Assembly (NCBI GenBank): GCA_000165425.1
Contig: CT868048.1
Coordinates: 62,001-126,000 of the forward strand
Source: Paramecium tetraurelia
Taxonomy: Eukaryota
DNA: 64,000 nt
Direction: 5' to 3'
Position numbers and translations under genes: made by a program. Each line of letters begins with the position of its first letter. The first letter of the stretch is position 1. A model generated the notes under the pieces. The model searched no databases. It saw only the letters and a list, made by a program, of their open reading frames with translations, and had not been told where the DNA came from. Shown piece after piece: positions 54,963 to 64,000 of the stretch.

Positions 54963-57261
54963 TCAAAATATATTTTACCTATAAAAATATAATTTTTGTT
55001 ATAAGAAAGATTAAAGTTCATTCAAACTTTATTTCTTTATTGAAAGTTGACTTTCTATGTAAACCCTTGCTGTTATTAGAATTTAAAGAATTATTTGATA
55101 CTTTAAATAAATTTATGTCTTTTTATTGGAATAAATGTAGGTTTAAATATATATTATATAATTTTCATTTAGTTTTTTGAACTTGTTAGTAAGAATTCTA
55201 ATATATATCTTAACCTATCATTTTTTCTGATGAAATATTCAAATTATAACCAAAATAGTATTATTGTTCACTTTGTATCTCCTTTTAAAAATTTTAAAAA
55301 TTTTTATAAATACAGAATTATATTTTAGTTTATTACAACCCTATAAATTAAGTAGAATGATATCTTTCAATGTCGAGACAAGTTTACTTGAAAGTGAACT
55401 TATTGTGAGGCCCTAAACTACTAGCAAAATATTATGCTATGATATATCCCATTGTATTAAATTATAACTATTTTACATTTTGTATGCCTTATTAATTTTT
55501 ACTATTGATTTATGGGTTATCTATTTAAATTAATTGATTTGAGGATACTTCTTACTTATGCATCTCCATTATTTATTACAAGTTTTCATTAATACTTGTT
55601 ATTTTGTCAAAATAATTTCTTTATTCCCAATTTCTTTTCTGATCATCCAGTTAAAAGGGTTCAATGTGTTGTAATTAAGTGATTAAAGAATTGGCTACAT
55701 TTAGATCAGGATGTGTTAAAGAAATTTATAATGAGTTTTGAAATTTTTTGGATTATTTTATAGAAAGTTTAATTGGTTTTTTTAATGGCTAAACTTGGTA
55801 CACAATATTATTATCTTTATGGATTATGGAAAGCAAAAGCTTGATAAAGTAAACTAAATTCATAATAATGGAAATGAGTTTTTATTTGTCAGTTGTCACA
55901 ATTAGGTTTTTAAGATTTAGATGCTGATTCTATTTATTAATTTTGTATTCTATTTGAAGGTTAAGACAGACATCAATAATAAATAAATCCAATTTTAATA
56001 CATTGATATCACTCTTAATTTGTCTATGGCATATTTAATATAAATTAAATAGATTGTTGTTTAAATTGTAAAGGAAATAATTTAACTACAATTACTATTT
56101 TAAGTTATGCTAAATATAGATTAGACATTCATGTTTAGATACTTCCTAATAGAATTATTGAATAATTTCGAGTTGATGATTGATTTATTTAATACTTAAT
56201 TTTGCATTTAACTAGGAATTAATAATAGATTTTTACGTATAATTATTTGTCTCTTTGTTCAATTGCATTTATGTACTTATCATATTTATCCTCTTCAATT
56301 TCTTCGAATAAGAGTAGTATTTAAGGTTAAAAGGAATTGAAATAAACCTAGGTAACTCTGAATTTCCACAGTTTAGATTTATTCTATTCTTCTAAAATGG
56401 CAAAATATTTTTGATCAGGGTGTTCTTCATTCTTCTATTAGAGTTCTTAGATGATCTGATGTTCTATTTTGATATATTGTTAGGTGTTTTAATTTTCCAT
56501 GTCGAAGAAGACCAGTTTTCTTAAGAATTCCCTGAATGCTTCACTGTTATTAATATTGAATTTATCCTTCAAATGTTTATTTATCTTTTCAATATCCAGT
56601 AGGCCAGTTAATTTATTATACTTTACAATGACCACCCAAGAGGGTAATAAGTCCTCTAAAATGTTATCATATTGAACTTTGGATAAATTAACTAAAAAGT
56701 GTTTTCTCTTGATTATTTCATGCTGATATCTTAATACAACGAGCATTATAGATATTATAAATTAAGAGATGATGGATTATATGTCATAAGTCTAGAAATC
56801 ATAAAAGTTTGCTATTTAAGTTAGGAGAAAGAAACATGATTAGCCAATAAATGAGGATCCGGATGAGTAGATTACTATCAATAAATTTAATATTTCTTAC
56901 AGATCTTGAGAACTGAAGAGTGATGACCATAAAACCATGAGTCAGATTCAGATCCAAAGAGTCGTATACTTTCTATGATAGCACTCATTATGAGCATGTT
57001 AGTAGTAACAAAGATTTCTTTGTATTTTTGATATCTCCTTATTCCGATATAACAAATCAATATCAATATTAAGCCAACTCCAGGGAATAGTTGAAGCATT
57101 AAGTTCTGATATTAGTTATACTTTATCACAATTAGGATTAGATAAATAGTAATAGCTGCATATAAGTATTCACTTCTGTGCTTGAAACCCACCTATGGTG
57201 ATTAACGATACATCTGCTCAATCTCTTGAGACCCAAATTGAAGGCTGTATGTTTTAATCAT
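54963..57261 (-). CDS. Multi-pass membrane protein with a degenerate histidine-kinase-like (HATPase N-box-like) region; ends approximate
   Basis: Several N-terminal TM helices, ILEDLLPSWVVIV, TTDKQKLISIIMNL resembling the N box; no intact H or G boxes seen. Confidence 0.55.
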
Positions 57262-57429
57262 AAATTTATAATATTTAGGAACAATCTTTTTATCACGAAA
57301 TGAATGATTATATACATTAAATTGAGTACCAGTTATACTTAATCAATTTATTTTACATATAATTTATTAAACATCATTATATATTAACTTGGATTAATTA
57401 AACAAACTAAATAAAATAATTAATAAAAT

Positions 57430-59189
<1,760 letters not shown>

Positions 59190-59257
59190 AATATAAATAT
59201 ATTTCATAAATTTTGTATAAATCATATGAAAAACAAAGTAAACTTAATAGTACAGAT

Positions 59258-59952
59258 TCATTTTTACAACCAATTAAGAATATTCTAAGCATTTATTAGA
59301 ATTTCTAGATCTGTCTAAAAATAATGAATCTATTTGTTCGTTATTTTGTTTAAATTCACTTGAAAGTTGTGTAATTTAATAGTTTAATTGATATAGTGAG
59401 TAATACCATCAATTTTACAATGTTTTCCACTTGGTTCAAATATCCCATTCAAGATTCCATTCACGCTTTCCTAATAATAGAAGTTATTGATTACATTAAT
59501 TTAATGAGTTTAGTTTTGTCTGGCTTATCGCTAGTAGATTAAGATTAAGGTTCAAGAACATTGTTTAATTTGATGGCCCCATGATATATGTCTTTTAAAC
59601 CCTGCGATTATTGCATTTACAAATAATCAGATTTCTTGATTATTTCAATGTGTTTTGGATTTTATTCAAAGAAATTATAAGATTTTTGAGGTTGTCTGAA
59701 ATTCAAGTTAAGTTTAATTTGGTTTCTGTCTGTAATTGAATTAGTTCCATGACGTATGGATTGAACCTCCATAGGTCTAACTTAATATTCACTTGATCGA
59801 AATCCACCATCACCTTTTATTGTGAGTTTTTGGTTAGATCTAAAATATTGTTTCTATCGAACACGGTCCATAATTCTTGATGCCATTTCAGCAGCCTCTC
59901 TCTCTATATTAATTTCGGAATGAAATTAATAACAAGACAAACGGCCATTCAT
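59258..59952 (-). CDS. Hypothetical protein (MNGRLSCYQFHSEINIEREAAEMASR...)
   Basis: Code-6 frame completed by a predicted 29-nt intron, plus a likely 24-nt intron. Confidence 0.55.
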
Positions 59953-59992
59953 TTTGATTATATTTTATTTAATAATGTTATTTAATATTTAT

Positions 59993-62063
59993 TCAATACA
60001 CTCTCTTTTTTGGAGGAACGGTATCAAATTCTTTTGGATCTTAGGTCTTAGTGATAACCTATAAAATATAGTATTAATTAATACATCTCTATAAGTTAGT
60101 TCAATATCACCTTTCTTGGCGTCTTTGATTCTGGCTAATGTATGTTTCATCCAGTTCTTGTCATCTCTATCTGGGAAGTCATCACGAGCATGAGCTCCTC
60201 TGGATTCCTTTCTATTTAAAGCACCTTCTATGGTCATTTTGCCTTACACTGAAATAATATAAAGGATTGAAATACATAGTAAATTGTCTAATTCTAATCC
60301 TTCTACCAAATCAGAATTCCATACAAGTCCTTTGTCTTTGATTCTGATATCATCTTTTCTGGAATAGATTTCTTTGACTTTTTCAACACCTTCCTACAAT
60401 GTTTTCTCAATTCTAAAGACAGCAGCATGTTTTTGCATAGTTCTTTGGAGATCCTTTCTGACTTAAGCAACAGTCTGAGATCCTTCATGATGTCTTAATC
60501 TGTCGATTCTGGCGATGGCAGCTTCTCCAGCATTTTTAGGTAAATCTGGTTGTTTCTATCCAGGTTTCCACTTTTCACCTACAAGATTGGCAGCCTGTCT
60601 TCCAAAAACAACGATATCTAATAAGGAATTGGCTCCCAATCTATTGGCACCATGGACTGATGCACAAGCAGCTTCACCAGCTGCCAAAAGTCCAGGCACC
60701 ACTTGATCTTTGCCTGCAACTTGATTAAGAACTTCAGTTTTGAAATTGGTAGGTATTCCACCCATATTGTAATGAACAGTAGGTAAGACTGGTGCAGGTT
60801 CTTTTGTGACATCGACACCTGCAAATATTTTAGCGGCTTCACTGATTCCTGGTAATCTTTCATGCAAGAGTTCAGCAGGCAAATGATTGAGATGCAAATG
60901 GATGTGATCCTTTTCTGGTCCAACTCTATAAATGATAATAATCTAAGAGGTACCCTCTTCCCTCTAAAATTTCCTTAGTCATAGCTCTAGACACAACATC
61001 TCTACTTGCCAAATCCTTAGCAGTAGGAGCGTATCTCTCCATGAATCTTTCTCCCAAAGAATTTCTGAGGATACCACCTTCTCCTCTGCATCCTTCAGTC
61101 ATCAAACATCCAGAACCATAAATACCAGTAGGATGAAATTATACGAATTCCAAATCCTCCATTGGTAAACCTGCTCTGATAGTCATACCTCCACCATCAC
61201 CTGTGCAAGTATGGGCAGATGTGCACGATTAAAATGCTCTACCATAACCACCAGTTGCTATCACTGTGTATCCTGCTCTAATCCTGTGAATTGAGCCATC
61301 TGCCATCGACATGCATACTACTCCTCTGCAAGCTCTATGATTAAGAATCAACAACACTACATTACCCTTGATCATCCATCATCAAATCAAGAGCGAAGTA
61401 CTCCACGAAGAATATACAATCATATCCCAAGGCTCTTCCGAACAAAGTGTGTAACATAGCATGTCCTGTTCTGTCTGCTACTGCACAACATCTATAGGCC
61501 TGTCCTCCTGTTCCGAATTTCAAACTCTGTCCTCCGAATGCTCTTTGATAGATCTTGCCTTCTGGAGTTCTTGAAAATGGTAAACCATAACTTTCCAATT
61601 CATAAACAGCCTTTGGTGCTTCTTTGCACATATAAGAGATAGCATCCTAGTCTCCCAACCAATCTGATCCCTTTATTGTATCGTATGCATGCCTAGATGT
61701 AACTCAATCAGTACCATCTCCAATCATCTTCTGTCATGTTTCCCAATGCTGCATTAATACCTCCTTGAGCTGCCACTGTATGAGATCTAGTGGGAAACAA
61801 CTTGGAAATACAAGCAGTCTTGAACCCAAGCTCAACCAAACCAAATGCAGCTCTTAAACCAGCACCACCTGCTCCTACAACTACTGCATCATATGTGTGA
61901 TCTATCACTGTATATTTGTCTGTCAAATGGCCCTATCAATTTTATGCTTCTGAATTACTTAAGAAGGACCAGCTTCTGGTTTGTTTTTTGACACCACACA
62001 GAATCGATTAACTAACTTTGTCGCCTATAGATTGTACAAAGCCTAAGTTGTAATTCTGAACAT
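59993..62063 (-). CDS. SDHA: Succinate dehydrogenase flavoprotein subunit, mitochondrial
   Basis: [23 protein letters not shown] (covalent FAD His), [37 protein letters not shown]; targeting-peptide-like N-terminus. Confidence 0.98.
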
Positions 62064-62099
62064 TGGATTAAAAATATATAAAATAAGATATTATTAATT

Positions 62100-62504
62100 A
62101 TGATCAAGAAATTCCTGCTCATGCCTATAATTAGCTACGTTGTTTATTTGTCAATTCAAATTCACAGAAATGAAACCCATGTCATTTCCATATTGAATAT
62201 TGTTGCCAACATGACTGGATTTTAATCGATTGATAATACAACTTGGATCATTATCTTTAATGTCATTGCATTTTCAATTTTATTTGGCATTTCCTACATC
62301 AATTATGCATTAGCCATCTTATAATTTATTGTCCTCTTTTTACACGTATAGACTTTGGATGACTTCGAAATCACAGAATTAAGTCAAGCATTTAAAATTG
62401 TTGCTGCTGATATTGCCATCCTTGGAATCTTACTAGCATCAATTAATTAAAAAAATCAGTAAAAAGTTGAAGATGAAACACAACCCAAAGAAAAACAAGA
62501 ATGA
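62100..62504 (+). CDS. Small multi-pass membrane protein, 134 aa, with C-terminal KxKxx ER-retrieval signal (HR-lesion/DoxX-like)
   Basis: Intronless ORF with 3-4 hydrophobic helices, DIAILGILL, ending KEKQE. Confidence 0.7.
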
Positions 62505-62521
62505 TCAATTTAATTAATATT

Positions 62522-62579
62522 TATCTGTATTATAATATATAGTATATACATATCTGTATTATAATATATAATATATACA
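62522..62579. repeat. Two-copy 29-bp tandem direct repeat with one mismatch
   Basis: tatctgtattataatatatagtatataca followed by tatctgtattataatatataatatataca. Confidence 0.9.
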
Positions 62580-62696
62580 CTCCTATTATCATACATTCAC
62601 TATCAGTACAGAACACGACTAAGTGTGAATGACAAGGATTACATCGCATTTACTAATAAATCCTGTAAAATTATTATTGATATAAAAATGAATATC

Positions 62697-63670
62697 TCAA
62701 CCTTACTAATCTTATTGGTCACCATCTTATTTTTATTAATCAGAATCTTGTGCTGGTTCAGTCTAGAAGATCTGTGTTTCAAAGATTTCCTTTTCAGGAG
62801 TAGGTAACCATCTGGGTACTTCAGCACTCTTATTCGTTTTAAGATGTCTATTAAGTTCTTCTTCTTCTTTGATCATATGATTGTACTCATCCAGAGGTAG
62901 ATTTTTGGCTTTTTCCAATCTTGATGTCAATTTCTTCTAAACCTCCTGTGATCTCATCAATTTTTGCATCATATATGACTCTTCCATTTCCAACCTTTCC
63001 TATAAAGCCCTATTGTATTCGCTAGCTCTCTTATTTTCCAATTTTGCCCTAAAGCAGATCTTAACGCATATTACCTTTAATTGTCCTTCTGAATATGAGA
63101 TAGTTTCTCATTCCAAAACAGAGATACATTAGTTTTTGATTTTGATAAATTTCCCTTAATCAATTCTCTTCTCTCTCTGTTCTTTACCATAAAGTCTTAC
63201 TTTTATTTACTAATGACTTCAGAGTTCTTGATAGATATTTCTCTAGATAGATGATATTTAGTAAGAGTACTTAATTCTTTTGTATTCTTCTAATTTGATT
63301 TATTCCATAGCTTTCTTAATCAGCTCCAATTATTCTTCTTGTTATTTTTTAAGACTATAATTTAATTTCTATTTATCTTTCAACATTACTTCGTCATTCT
63401 TCTAACTTAGTTTTTTCTATTTATTTTCCAATACATAATATTAATTACTTATTCAATCTATGTATGATGATTCATTTTCAGTTCAACCATGGATTTTGTT
63501 TTCTTTTTAGTTTCATCAATTCTCTTAGATAACTGAGCATCCCCTCTCTTCAATAATTTAAGTCTATTCTTCATCAATAAGATATCTTTCTCAGTCTCTT
63601 AGCGTTATTTCCGAGTATGCCATACAGTTTCTTCATTTTCCCTTTAGAAAGATTGAGGGGAAGTCTTCAT
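62697..63670 (-). CDS. Hypothetical coiled-coil protein
   Basis: MKTSPQSF...LMKNRLKLLKRGDAQLSKRIDETKKK; TGA at 62697-62699. Confidence 0.75.
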
Positions 63671-63685
63671 TTTTATATTTATTTA

Positions 63686-64000
63686 ATGAAATCAGATTTT
63701 ATTTGCCTTCGAAAACATTTATTTAGAGATTCGATATATCATATTGATATCCAAAACGATAAATTACTGTTACTTAATGTAAATAGAGAATTTTATCAAT
63801 TAGACTGAAGGACTAACAAAATATTCAATAAGTTTAAATTGGTCTGTAGAAATTAGTTGGAATAACTTGAACTCAGATCCTGCTTTTGGATTAGTGATCA
63901 ACTAAAAAATTAAATGGTTCCATGCTAAGCCCAAAATAATAGAAACGCTGAGAACCACACTTAAAAAACGCATTACTTCTACTGATTTTTAAGTATTTTA
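63686..64000 (+). CDS. 5' part of a gene with a PH-like N-terminus typical of a ciliate protein-kinase family; runs off the window
   Basis: MKSDFICLRKHLFRDSIY..., 25-nt intron 63779-63803, then KYSISLNWSVEISW...FGL...KWFH; any kinase domain would lie outside the window. Confidence 0.6.

Noticed and set aside
63692..64000. Long open frame on the minus strand
   Set aside because: The + strand gives a start codon, a canonical intron and a familiar kinase-family N-terminus; the minus frame is its shadow

Overview
Very AT-rich eukaryotic DNA that reads as a gene-dense ciliate macronuclear segment, most likely Paramecium. Long reading frames open only when TAA/TAG = Gln (translation table 6, TGA sole stop), and genes are split by tiny 22-30 nt GT...AG introns. 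The supplied standard-code ORF track therefore shows only fragments. Re-reading by hand gives about 27 protein genes: a CDC6-like AAA+ ATPase, a signal-peptide-bearing tubulin-tyrosine-ligase-like protein, an SMPD4-like protein, MORN, PX and LAMMER-kinase genes, an aquaporin, a PNUTS/PPP1R10-like protein, two convergent CDPK paralogues, a TmcB-like PAS membrane protein, a giant Cys-rich repeat membrane protein, a P-type-ATPase/guanylyl-cyclase fusion, a CNBD K+ channel, a degenerate His-kinase-like protein, SDHA and several lineage-specific proteins. I saw no rRNA, tRNA, transposon, telomeric repeat or CRISPR. I found no clear-cut new multi-gene system. The best leads are stop-less 3n micro-introns inside the PP1-docking region of the PNUTS-like gene, the secretory TTL-like ligase, two apparent +1 frameshifts, extreme gene packing (15-bp divergent spacer, 14-nt overlap), a 34-aa membrane smORF and a small double-hairpin intergenic element. 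All coordinates and homologies come from manual reading, without database searches.
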